From: Pseudogymnoascus verrucosus
Lineage: Eukaryota
Assembly: GCA_001662655.1 (NCBI GenBank)
Contig: KV460283.1
DNA: 47,828 nt
Direction: 5' to 3' (one strand)
Both the position numbers and the translations under genes were made by a program. The notes under the pieces are model-generated. The model was not told the origin of the DNA. It ran no database searches and saw only the letters and a list, made by a program, of their open reading frames with translations. Shown here one piece after another: positions 12,250-24,465 of this stretch (within the stretch, counting starts at the first letter, position 1; each line of letters opens with the position of its first letter).

Positions 12250-13043
12250 GTATGATGTGTAGTAGTGGAGAGGGAAGTGCCAATGGGGAGATAGCCGGTC
12301 TAGATTATGACATGGTTCGGGCGACTGGTGGTGCTTTTGCTTCCAATATATCCGTTTTTGGCGGAGTTGGTAGCCTTGTCAGCCTTATGCGGTTATGGGG
12401 GTTGCACACTAGAGTCGGCCTGGAGTATAGAGGACGCCACCTTTGTCTAACTAGATGGGGAGCTGGGGTTATAACATACAGCTTCCCGTGCTCGAGTAGC
12501 GTTCTAAATTTCCTTCTATAAAGTCTTGTTCGTGGATCCACAATTGTCTTTCTTTAAATTTAAATGCTTCCTTGGATAACTTTTTTTGGTGGCACATTCT
12601 TTGGTATGTCCGTCCAAAAGTCTAAATATGGGCTGCCTTAGCTGAAGATTGATATTAGCAATTTAAGTTAATAGAATCTGTCTCTTTAGTTCTATTTATG
12701 AGTAACTGGCTTATCTATTGTAGCTCCAAGTGACTAAACGTCTTTATTTCAGCCACAGTCTCTGTAGACACCACCTGTTGTCCACGGTCCTCCTCCAGAC
12801 TTTTAATCAGTACGAGTACTCAGAACACGACCTTTCAATTTCACCACACAAATACCACATATCGACTTGTTTATATCCTCAAGCTATCTAATCCTCCCTC
12901 GAATTAAGCTCTCCAACACATAATAAAAAAACGCCAAATATATCCCCAGTTGGCACGTACATCACGTACAGAATATCCAACAAGTCTCCCTGTATCCTAT
13001 CCAAGACACCCTAAAAACACGTGTCGCCCAAAATACTGCTCCC

Positions 13044-14909
13044 TCAAGTAAAGTTCCAGATAATCTCATAATCCACCAGCTCGGGGCCGGCCCATTTCTC
13101 TCCATACGGATTCGTTCGCTTTCCGGCGAAGAAGTCATTGTGTGCGCGCCTCAGCACGTCGAACCATGATGATGGTTGGGGCGGTGTCAACCACTATCGA
13201 TCGTTAGTTTCAATCCCTGAAGTCCTTCCTGGAATAAGTGCAATGCTTACCTGGTTATGAGTATGATACGCAAACGCCCCCCGGAAGAAGTGCTCCAGCG
13301 TCCGATTCGTTGGCGGATAATTATCCTCCCAAATCCTATACTCCGTCTCGGCAAGCTTCTTCCTATCAAACTCCTTCACCGTCCCCAGTCCCTCTTTCTT
13401 CACGCCCTTCAGTACTCTACCCCCCACACTTTGTCCCTCAGCTCCATACTTCAAGATCTCCTCCGCCTGCGGTCCATCATAGCCCTCCCACTCGTCATCA
13501 TGCGGAAACGCGTTCGGCTCCCCCTTGAACACCGCGCTGTAATCGCGTAGACACGGCACGGGACACGGCCTGTTGCCTTCGTAGTTCCACCATATAGGGT
13601 CGAAGAAAGAGGTCTCCAGCATCTTGAGCTCGGAGTTCTTCCTGTCTTTCACGGCCATGAGTCCGATGACTTGCGGGTGGAAGTTCATCCCCATTCGCAC
13701 GCCTCCGCGGAGGAAGTAAGAGCTTAGACTTGTGTTCGCGCCTAGGGATAGGACGGCGGTGTTGTAGTCTTCGGGGTGGGGGTATTGGCCCCATCGCTCG
13801 GCGAAGGCGTCGTTGGGGTTGATAAGTAGAGGTCTCATGTCGCGGAGGAGTGTGATGTCGACGTCAAAGTACGCACCGCCGTAGAGATGGAGCACAACGA
13901 ATCGGACTGCATCCGATACGGCCACTGGGAGAGAGGTCTTCTGGTTTTCGGTAAGGACGAGCCATTCTTGACCCTCGGCGTCCCGCACCAGACCATCCGC
14001 AAGGGCTACCTCGCCCGCGGCATTTGGTTTGCCTGGGTTGGAGTAGTAGATCCCGCCATCAGCATAATCCACCTTCGGGAGTGGTATCCTCGATGGAAAC
14101 TTCCACTCCTTCAAAACGAGATCGCCTCTCTTGATCAACGGGAGAAGGCGCTCGAAAATGGGGTCACGGGTCATCATCTGTGCGATCGCATATGGGTCCT
14201 TGTCGGAATCAATCCAGATCCAGAGCCGTGAGCAGGGCAGGTTCTGGGTAAAGAGGTAGGACTTGACGAAAAGCTCGAAGCGCCATGTCGCTGGGCCAGA
14301 CCAGTAGGCGTGATGCGGTATGATGGGGCCGTGGCAGCTTCCCAGGGACTTTTTCGAGGCTTCTTTCCCTTTGGGGTATTTCGCCAGTGTGTTTCCCTGT
14401 CCATCGGCATTGAGGTATGGTGCGTTCCTTGGAGATTTCGCACTCGCCCTCTCCAGTTCCTCAGGGAGATAAAAGTAATCCTTCTCCCCCGTAACAAGAT
14501 AGTGGAAGCAAGCCTTCCTATCAAACATCTTATCCAGCTTCTCATACGACCCCCTACACGTCTCCACCAACTTCGCAATATCCGCCACGGTATCAACATC
14601 CGGCCTAGCCCCCAAATAATCGTCCTTGTACTCGATATTGCTCACAGGTCTATTAAACCAATTCGCATGCGGATTGATTTTCCCCAGCTTCAGCGTCACC
14701 GGCGGCTGCCCCGGCGAAAATATCACCCCCTTCGACTCCTCCTTTGGCTCCCCAGTCTTTAGGCGATGCTTAATCACATATTCTGCTGACGCAGCCCGGC
14801 CCGTCTGCACTACCTCCACGATGGTGTATAATGACGTATACACGAGCGCCGCAACGAGCAGGTTCCGCAGCAAGGCGAAGAAGCCCTTCGCAAACGTGAA
14901 GTCGGCCAT
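13044..14909 (-). CDS. Type II membrane glycosyltransferase with DXD motif (GT32-like)
   Basis: Exons 14909-13251 and 13193-13044 (intron GTAAGC...ATAG). N-terminal TM anchor and SDAVRFVVLHLYGGAYFDVD, the GT32/OCH1-type 'SD..R...L...GG.Y.D.D' pattern. Confidence 0.82.
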
Positions 14910-15591
14910 GACGCCCCGTCGTCGTTATAGTATGTTGTCGCCCAATGCGCGAGGGCGTCGTCGTCGTTGGGTTTGGCTACCCCACTTTTCGTGGTCGAGG
15001 GTCGTGGGGGAGGGAAGCTGACGTCTAGGCGGGGGGTTGTGCCATGTAGGAGCGCTTGTATTGTTTACTGATGTTCGTGGATGGTGAGGAGGAGAGACTT
15101 TCAGTCGCGGAAGGTGGTCGAAGGATGTGAAGCATGCAACTGCAAAACCATCCCCCGTGGCCAAGGTGCTTGGTCGAAGAGCCGATGTCGAAGGGTCCGC
15201 GCTAACCCTTGCTTCCGAAATAGTTCTCCGCGGGCGCTTCGAAACGCGCAGTAAGCTGGCGATAAATGATAGAAAATATAGTCGATAGATCGGATCCCCA
15301 ATGTAGCAAGGCAGCAATGAGCAATAGATGTCGTATAATGAGAGAGGGAGGTTGCCAGCGCAAGGCTGACGATGTTGAGGACTCAGGAGCTGGTTGACTG
15401 AGGGTTCGCTTTAGCCGGTTTAGGCAAGGTTTACGATCCTCTAGTGCTGCGCCGCCCCATGTGTAAATGCAGGGGTCCACCCGGCGGCCGGTGGCAGTAT
15501 TATCACATATCGCGTCGACAAACGCCGACGCCGATGCTGCTGCGGACGGCTGCATATAGGAATTTCATATTTGCGACCTGCGAAACCAACA

Positions 15592-16933
15592 ATGCTGGGG
15601 ATAATATGGACGCGCCAAGGATACCGCCTCAGTAGGCCCACGAGCCGCTGTCAGTTCAAAAATCACTACTCAGTCCTCCGCGACCCAGTATTTGAACGCG
15701 TAGACGTGCCCTGCGGCGTCAGTACTCCTATCACCATAAAGTACCCCTCCTCTTTCCACAAATCCAAATAAAAGCCCCCTCTAACAACCCCACAGAATTC
15801 ACAACCCTCCTTCCAGTACACCCCTCCCAATCCTCCTTTACATAACCACCACCCCGCCTTCCTCCCCTCCTCCTCCCACCCCATTCCCTCTTCTCTCCCA
15901 GTCACACACCACAGTCCACATCTCCCCCCCTCCATCCCTCTTTCCGCAACCCCTCCACAAGCTGATGTACGCATGGACACACGTCCTCTCTCTCCTGCGC
16001 CCGCCGCAAACACGTCGATATGCCCAGCCACAGCATCACTACCCGCCGATAGCACTCTATGGTTCCTCTATCGGCGGCAGCACCGCCGGTGGAACAGGCG
16101 GCTCTCTCGCCACAGCGCTTGCGCTCACAGAGGCGCTGGCTGCGCGGGGCGTGGGCAGATACCCCTCCGCGTTAGTCACAGCAGACTCCATCTTCGACTG
16201 CTCGCCTCTCGCCATCGCCTCCTTACACCCTGACGCTGGTATCTCCTCACCCACAGCCCTCAAGATCAGGGACCTCTTCTCCTCACCCCCCTCAACGCTC
16301 GACCCCCTCGCCTCACCCCTCCTCCTCTTCCGCGGCTCAGCGTTCCACTCCTCCGCCTTTCCGGGGTCTTGGGCTCCAAACCCGACGATTCTGCCGGGGT
16401 TGTTCGATATGGACTCGGACTCAGGCTTTTCGGACTCGATGAGTGAGGTGGACTCTGACTTTGACTTTTCAGAGTCGATGAGCTCACCCAGCTTAATGAC
16501 CTCGCCATCTCAACCCGCCGAGTCGCAGCGTGATAACGATGCGCCGATAGACGATGACCCGACACGACCGCAGAAGAGGAGTTATCTCAAGTTCCCCCCT
16601 GCGAATTCGGGGTTGAGGCTTCCGATGTGTAATTTCCAAATCTCCCACCCCGCGCCACCATCACCGCCGTCGAGACCGAAAAAAGGCAGCAAGTTCGCAC
16701 CGCTAGCGCCTAGAGATGAGCCGCTAGAGGTGGCACAAGCTCAATTAATGGCGTCAGCTATCAATCGCTCCGTGAGGATGGGTTATGATACACCCCTTTC
16801 TCGACGAGGAGATGAAGACGGGGATGGGGATGAGAGGGCTGTTGTTTCGGAGCTAGAAGGGGAGGGGGGTGTGGAAGAGCGGGGGGCGGTTGGGGCGAGG
16901 GAGTGGTTAAGGGATACTATGGATTGGCGGTGA
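15592..16933 (+). CDS. Alpha/beta-hydrolase-fold-like protein
   Basis: ATG 15592 and intron 15741-15795 (GTACCC...CTAAC...CACAG) splice in frame into the 15965 ORF. It shows FPQPLHK and LYGSSIGGS (GxSxGG elbow), plus DPLASPLLLFR. The Arg-rich N-terminus could be a mitochondrial presequence. Confidence 0.65.
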
Positions 16934-18753
16934 AGTGTCAGTGAGAGAACTTGGAGCTGGTGCTTGAGGATGGGGAGTTGGGATGTAAGATTTATATGAG
17001 TGGCTTGGGTTGGTTAATGTTGTTTTCCCGATGTGGATTTGAGCCATTGGCGTTATGTGGGACGTTGGGCGAGATGGGGTTTAGGACTCGAGTTTGGGTG
17101 GGATGGGCGGTGGGATGGATGGGAAGGGAAGGAAATAGATTACGGGGGAGTTAGTAGGGGATGTAAGATAAGATGCAGGATGTACTATATGTAAGTAAAT
17201 ATACAAACGATTACCCACAGGAACCGCTCAACCACGGCGTTAGAATAATAGCACAAGATACAGTGGAGCTGCACACGGAGATAGAAGCGTAAAATAGCAG
17301 AGCTTGATGACCAGCGACCCGTCAAAGGCGGTATTTCGGAAGTCGGGTTCAGCATTACCCCATGTGGGCGCTTAAGCAATCATCGAAACCAAACGCCCAC
17401 AGAGATGGCAGAATGCAGAGACGGAAGTTAGAGGTCTGTAATTATAAGGAGGGGGTGAGAGTGGTAATGACAGTTGGGATAAATGTATACCGACAGAAAG
17501 AATAAATGGGAGATGATGGTGAGAATCAGGGGAAAACGACAGCAAGAATACCCACAAACCAACAACAACAATAAATCCAATCCCACCACCCCTCCTAACA
17601 TCTACTCACAACCCTCCCTTTCCGTCTGATATTATTCCATATATGGTCGAGCTCCCGTTCTTCTTCTCCTGCCCGGCTCCGTGCACGATCCCCCTGTATG
17701 CAATGAGCACTGGGAGGGAAGCATCTTTATTCTCTCATACAAAAACAGCTCAACGACGACGTTAGAACAAGAGCGTGGGGATACATAAATTAGACGGGCG
17801 GGGTAGTAAACCTGAAGAATAGAATACAAATAGCCCAGAGCCCAGAGCTAGAAATCAAACCCATCCATCTCATCCCTCCATCCTCGCGTTTCCCCGTCGT
17901 TCTGCTACACACACACAGCCAGATGGAGAATAGATATCGACGAGATGCACGACATATCCGAAAGTTTGGGTCAGCAAGCATCAAAATCGCCAAAATATGG
18001 CACCTGGAGTATGTGGACGAAGTATCAAGTGAAGAACGAGAGTCCTATATCTCATAGGTGAATGACTGACCTATAACGACGAAGTGGGTGACGGTGGGTG
18101 GGGATGACGGTGAGAATAAATACAACCCAACAACAAGAACAACCATAAAACAACAGCAACAGCACCAATAAATCGACAGCAAGAACCAACCCTAACCCAC
18201 CATCCATCCATCCATCTTCACATACAGTCATAATCTTCCAAGGTACGTGCCGTCTTAGACTCTCCATCACATTGGACTTAACCCATGTTTGAGTGCCATC
18301 CGGTCTAGATCAAATCGGCCGCTTGCATCTTCAGCTTCGGAGTTGACATCAACGGACACTGTTAAAAAAGTTTCCAGCTGTGCTTAGATGGAATGTTACA
18401 GGATCGACAGAGCGGCAGATAAAGAAGGAGCAATGCTCTAAGTTGACAGCTGTCAAACTCGCCAGAACAAAAGTCGACCAAGACGGAATTCTCATCCCTA
18501 GCTCAGCATCGCCTCTCTTCCTCCAGTCCTAGACATCCCCAGCACCATCCCTATTCCCCCCCCCTCCCAAAAAAATATACCAACCCCAGCGTAAGCGCCA
18601 TACCCCCTCCTCCCCCCCCATCAAAAGCATCGCACCCATTCCTCCCCCCCTCCCCGCAGAATTCTTCCCCTCACACACAGCACCGCAAGAGAGCAGACTC
18701 CCATACCTGCCAAAAAAAAATACAAAAAAAATTAATATACATCAAACAAGATG

Positions 18754-18846
18754 GGGTCTTGCCCGAGATCGAATCGGGGACCTCTCGCAAACAAGTAGCT
18801 GTAGGGTGGACCCTAAGCGAGAATCATACCACTAGACCACAAGACC
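18754..18846 (-). tRNA. tRNA-Pro(AGG) with 21-nt intron (18810-18790)
   Basis: Minus strand GGTCTTGTGGTCTAGTGGTATGATTCTCGCTT-AGG-G[intron]TGCGAGAGGTCCCCGATTCGATCTCGGGCAAGACCC. Cloverleaf, A/B boxes and a downstream T-run terminator. Confidence 0.93.
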
Positions 18847-19215
18847 CTTTTAATGATACGCCAGCTACGGTTTGGCCGCTTTCATTCGGCAACTTTCTCT
18901 CACATCACCAAAAAAAACACGCATCACCAAAATCGCAGCCGCCAGATTACACGCATACACACAGTCGCACGAATAATAATAAACCCGAATTTGTCAAAAA
19001 CACAGATCTTTCTTTTCTTCTCCATCCTATCCTATCCTATCATCCCCCAATACCCCCCAAGTCCATATCCCATCGCTAAAATCGCGCTCTCAAAAAAATC
19101 TCCATCTCTCATTCATTTACAAAGAGTTAAGTTAGTGTAGTATGCACACGGCAAGTGCTCAGTTCGTTCATGATATCCATCCCCATTCCTTCTTTCCTTC
19201 TCTCTCCTATCTTAC

Positions 19216-21712
19216 TCACTGCCTATACCCTCCCCCACCACCTCCACCTCCACCGTACGCATTATACCCCCCCTGCCCACCATTAGGGTCCGTCATATTC
19301 CTCCCTGGCGGTGGCCTCGCATACCCCTGCCCCTGCTGCCCAACCCCCGCCGACGCACTACGCACCGGCTGCGCATACGACCCCGTCGGCGACGCCAACC
19401 CCATCCTCCCCTGCTGCTGCTGCTGTTGTGGGGCATACGGATTCCCATTACTCCTATCCGAAACCACACTCGCGGTATCAAACGCCGGTGTACGCTGTGG
19501 TGCATACGGATTCCCATTACTGCGATCCGAGACCACGCTCGCGGTATCAAACGCCGGTGTGCGTCTCCCCACCGAGCTCTCAATTGACCCTTGGCTAGGT
19601 GTCGAGCGTCCATATCGGGTCTGGGCGTTTTGTCCAGCGGGTGGAGGACCAGGGCGGCTGTACGCGTCGCCGGCGCCGCGACTGCTTGCGATGGACGGCG
19701 CGTAGTGACTCGATGGCGTATCGCCTCGTGGTGGTGCGACGATGGTAGGTGCGTCGAAACTGGGCAGCGTCGGTTCATCGTCCATTGCAACGCCGCCTGC
19801 ATGCGTAGCTCTCGTCGGGGAAGCAGTGGAGTACGGGTCATATGAATCGTGGTTCTGGCTTTGGTTGTTGTTGCGCTGAGGAGCGTACGGGTCCTGTGAC
19901 AGTGCCGAGGGGGCGGGTGTGTAGTTTTGCCCCGGGCGGGAGGTGTATGAGAGGGGTGAGTCGGTGCGGGTTATGGGTGTGTTGTTGCCCATTGAGCGGT
20001 CCATGGGGGAGGCGATGCGAGCGAGTGGTGTGTTTCCACCCATCGACCTATCCATTGGGGATCCAACGCGGTCGAAGGGTGTGTTGCCCACAGACCTATC
20101 CATCGGGGAGGCAACGCGGTCAAACGGCGTCATGTTGCGGCTGGGGGGGTTGTAGGAGTTGTATGAGTCCTGAGTCATTTGGCGTTGAGGTGGTCCAAAC
20201 CCACCATTCCCATTCCCATTTCCATTGCCCATCCCATTGCCCATTCCATTACCGGCAACATTGCCATACGAATCCTGCGTCCCTTGCCTCTGCAGCGGCG
20301 CCGGTCCACTCCTCAACTGTTGTGGCACCCTCTGCTGCTGCGCCCAACTGCCCTGGCTCGCATTCGTCCCTCCCGTCATCGTGCGTTGGGGCGCCGGGAA
20401 CGGCATTCCGTTGGTCCCCTCCTGTCCCGGCATCGGTGGCGCGGGTGATCCAGTGCGACTGTATCCCATATCAGCTGCATTGGCGACGAGACCAGACGAC
20501 GCGCCGTAGCTGCTTGCTGAGGTAGCGGTGTTGAGGCGCGATGGGACGGGTCGCTTTTGGTCCATGTTGCTGAGTTCGAAGTCTGGGAGCTTGGGCTGCT
20601 GGGATGAGGGCGTGCCGGGGCGGGAAGTGTACATTGGGAGGGTTGCTGTGGTGTCGTTGCGGTTGAGCATTGGCATTGATGGGAGCTTGTTGTCGTCTTT
20701 TGTGTCGAAGAGGGTAGGGAGTGTGGCTTGGCGGCCGAGTGTGGGCTTTTCGCCATTCTTGAAGGCTTTTTGGTTGGCTTTGTTGCGCTTGCGTTCCTCC
20801 TCTTCGATGGCCTTGTTGATCTTGACGCTGACGATCTTTTGGAGACGACCGTTAATCTTACGCTCGCAGTAGCCGGATAGGCCGCCGTCGCCGTTGGGGA
20901 TGTAGTGCCAGAGGAAAAGGAGGTAGAAGAGCATGGCGAGCAGCAGGCTCAGGGCGGCGAAGATCCAGACGACGAGCGTGAAGACCATACCAGACAGGAC
21001 GACAGCCTGTTTCTTGTCCTGGTCGGCCAGGATACCAAAGTTCTTGAAGAACTGGAGAATCGAGGTCGCTGCGTCTCTGTTCTTGGGGTCGAGCTGAGCA
21101 ATATACACAGATCTCAGCGTCAGGGCGTTGATGACCTGTCTGGGTCCGGAGCAGAAAATAACACGAATCCACGACTGGAACGAGAAGTAGGTGAACAGCG
21201 CCACGTACTCGGCACCTTTCTTACTCTTCGTCAGCTCCGAGAAGACCAGGAAGCGCTTCCAGCCACGACCTTGCCCAAACACGCGAATGGCCTGGAGTCG
21301 GACTGCCAGGGAATCGAGGTAGCTCTCAGCCACGGCGCCGCGTCTGATGATCAGATGTGCTCGGATATGCTCGTAGATGACATTGACCCACGACGCAATG
21401 ATGCAGCCGGCGAAGATCCATTTCGAGATGTCTAGCTTGATGACCGGCTCGATGCTGGTGAACTTGTTCAACGCGATGAGGTTGTATGCAGTGAAAGTAT
21501 CGACGCCGTAGACGGCAATAGAGATGACCAGTGATAACCATAGATATCCATATGCTAGGTACTCGAAAAACGACGATGCCTTGAAATCTTGGAGACTCTG
21601 TAAACAATAATTAGCATGGACACATGACAACAATTGAGAGAGGACAACTCACGATAAAATCCCACTTCTCCTCCAACTTAATATCCTTCGCCTTCTTGCG
21701 TCCGCACAACAT
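19216..21712 (-). CDS. KCH1: Kch1/Prm6-family fungal potassium-transport (vacuolar/plasma membrane) protein
   Basis: Exon 21712-21653 (MLCGRKKAKDIKLEEKWDFI) and intron 21652-21598, then SLQDFK...YGVDTFTA...FSELTKSKKGAEYVALFTYFSF...SGPRQVINALTL. The C-terminal tail is long, low-complexity and repetitive. Confidence 0.87.
19433..19563. repeat. In-frame 69-bp tandem duplication within KCH1
   Basis: Two copies starting at 19433 and 19502 both encode RTPAFDTASVVSDRSNGNPYAPQ; the visible differences are synonymous. Confidence 0.9.
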
Positions 21713-24392
21713 TTTGAATTATGTTGAAAGATTGAAATATCTGGGCCAGCCAGAAACTAAAAAAGGGGTATTGAAAAAGAACAAAGAGCGATTGACTCGA
21801 ATGAATGAATGTGCAGCGGGTATCTTGATTCCCGCCGGGGGTATTACTCGTCGTTGGACGAACTGTTGGTGTCGACTTCAAGTCAACTATCTTCCTTCTC
21901 TACAACGAGCGACGAGTCGATCAGAGCACAGAGGTCATCCGCCTGCGGGTCCGACTTGTGCGGGAATAGTGATCCTCGGTGGGATCAAGAGGGTTGTATA
22001 GATTCGCTGAACGAGCGTCGTGACAAGAAAATGTGTGTATGTCCGCGGGAAGCGTCGTGGATCTGGAAACCGCGCGTCTACTGGCGAGCAGGCATGGGAG
22101 TGAGCCGTTCCGTCTCGTTGTTGTTGCAACTGTGGGCGGGTACGAGGGAAGGGAGAGGCGAGATGAGATGGGCCAAGTGGTCGCTGGGCGGTTTGTTGGG
22201 GCGGTGGGTTATGAGGTCGTTTGATCGGACGCAGGCGTGTGTCGCAGATGTTCCGTTGCGGGCGGGAATGCAGGTCGTCTTGTTGAGGACTTGGCGAGCG
22301 ATAGATAGATGTATGCACGAGGGGACTGTCAAAGAGTGACGATATGGGATGAAGGAATGAATGAGGGTATTTCCTCGCTTTGTTTTGGAGCAAGTGAGTG
22401 GATTCGCAAAAAGGGAGTGAATGAATGATTGTTGCTTGGTATTGTGGTTTGGCAGAAGAAGGGACGACAATGAGGGTGTCAATGGGTGTGGATGGGGTCA
22501 ATGGGTCCTTTCAATGGGGGGACAAAGCACAGACACAGGCACAAAGGCACACCCGGCACGAGTACAGGCACAGGCACACAGGCACAACGGATCCAGGCAC
22601 AACGGTTAGCAGTAAATGGGTGGGTGAGGAGTGAATTTTAGTGGATTTAGTGAACGTTAGTGGACTTGTGAGTGGGTGTGTATGGGCGGGACAGAGGGAG
22701 CCGGATAGACGCGCAGTGGATGCCGATTGACAGGCTGGCGATGGATCATGCACAATGTAGCTGGTCAATCAGGGGAAGTAACTCCCAGCGCTTGGAGGTA
22801 TGGCGGGGTACATTTGATGTACATCTAGTATATCTGACCACCACCAACGGCGCTTTCTCCGTCTCCGTTTCTCTATTACAGTTGTATTACTTACTCTATT
22901 TCGTATAACCGTACACAGCAATTCCCTCCTCTCCTTCCCTTTCCACCCATCCCACCACTCTAACACACACACACCCATCCCAGCCACCACCAGCCACCCT
23001 CCCCCGGTTCCTGCATACAAAAGATCCCACTACCCTCAAACCCCTACTCCCCATTCCGCTAGCCCCCTCCCCATCCACCCCACCGCCTCGCCCGCCCCAC
23101 CCGCCCGCTGAAACACCCCTCTCCACTCCCAGCAAATCAGCGCCAAGAAGCACCCGCACCGCGTTGCGATCGTGAAACGTCCACCCCTCCCCTTGCTAGC
23201 CAACCAGCGGTCGGTTCAGCGTGTCTATCTTCTTTTACCAATGGTTAGGGAGGGGGTAAGATAGACAAGCAAGCGCTGGGTGGGTGCACATCATCCTGCG
23301 ATCGGATCGGCGGCGACCGACCAGAGGAGTGGAAGGCTGGCTGGCTGGCTGCTGACGTCGACGCGCTGCGGTGGTGCCGAGCGCGTGTGTTTGGGGAAAG
23401 ACTTCACATGAGACGATGAGACGAGTCGGGAAGTTGTTTTCCGAATGGGGCGGGTCGATGGTACGGTGAACGAACTCATTAAACTGGACCCTTTATCCGA
23501 CCGAACTATTGGATACGACGCTGCCGGGGCCGGTGTCAGTCTATATTCGGTGAGGGGATGAAATTAGGTCACGTGGTTGTCGGGTGATATGTTTGAAACT
23601 GTGTCACGTGCGACATTCCATTCCGTGCACATATCAGAACTATTGAAAGTCTATAAAAGTGAGTGGTAGGTAATTCCGAGGCATATTGAGCAGAGCATCT
23701 AACAACCACATGGCAAGATGGCCATCTATTGCTGCGTTGGATATAATGGAGTCTTGTTATCCTGGGACGTATGTCTAGTAGAGACTGCTGTCTCCCGTAC
23801 GTTCGCTGGAGTTGAGTCTTGTTGTCACTAGAATATTGTTGTCGTTTAGTCTTGCTGTTGGTAGACTCCTGCTGTCGGCCAGCCTTGCTGTCACCAGACT
23901 CCTGTCACTCACATCGTCTCTCCTATACTCGGCGAATGCCTCCATTGCGCCACCCTCCCTCATGCGGGGGTTTTTACTTAGTCGGCGCATAAGTAGGTCG
24001 CAAGGTCTGATTGAATTGATTCCATGGTAGCTGTGCTAGACTTTCTATGATCTGGCTATAATGGCTTGCCTTTTAACAACGGCTTTCACGAACTCGATTT
24101 TTTGGTGGTAATCCAGGCGCGCGCATCTTAGCGGCATCCGATTATCGTCCCCCCCCCCCAATACCACACAACACCACCATCGACGCCCACAAGGACTAAA
24201 GATGTATAATAACTTAATTATACTTGAATCCCATTTCCATTCCCTACATCCTAAAAAAAAAGCACGCCAAACCGCTCGCTTAACAAATCCAACCCTCCAT
24301 ATTCACCCGCCCTTACCCCCCTCTCAATTTCCCCCCCCCCCCACAACACAAAACAAAAAAAACCAAAAGAATCACCAATCCTCGCAAACAAA

Positions 24393-24465
24393 TGCCCACA
24401 TACGGAGTTGAACCGTAGACCTCGGCATTACTAGTGCCGCGCTCTACCAACTGAGCTATGGGGGC
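24393..24465 (-). tRNA. tRNA-Thr(AGT)
   Basis: Minus strand GCCCCCATAGCTCAGTTGGTAGAGCGCGGCACT-AGT-AATGCCGAGGTCTACGGTTCAACTCCGTATGTGGGCA. One C:U mismatch in the acceptor stem. Confidence 0.93.

Noticed and set aside
18188..18198. AACCCTAACCC as a telomerase RNA template (similar CCCTAACCCT at ~47222)
   Set aside because: Short matches in C/A-rich low-complexity sequence, with no pseudoknot or CR4/5 evidence.
24050..24110. GGCTATAATGGCTT (SRP 5'-like), GCCTTTTA (U5 loop-like) and GATTTTTTGG (Sm-like)
   Set aside because: Each motif is imperfect, the spacing is wrong for U5, and no SRP helix-8 motif follows.
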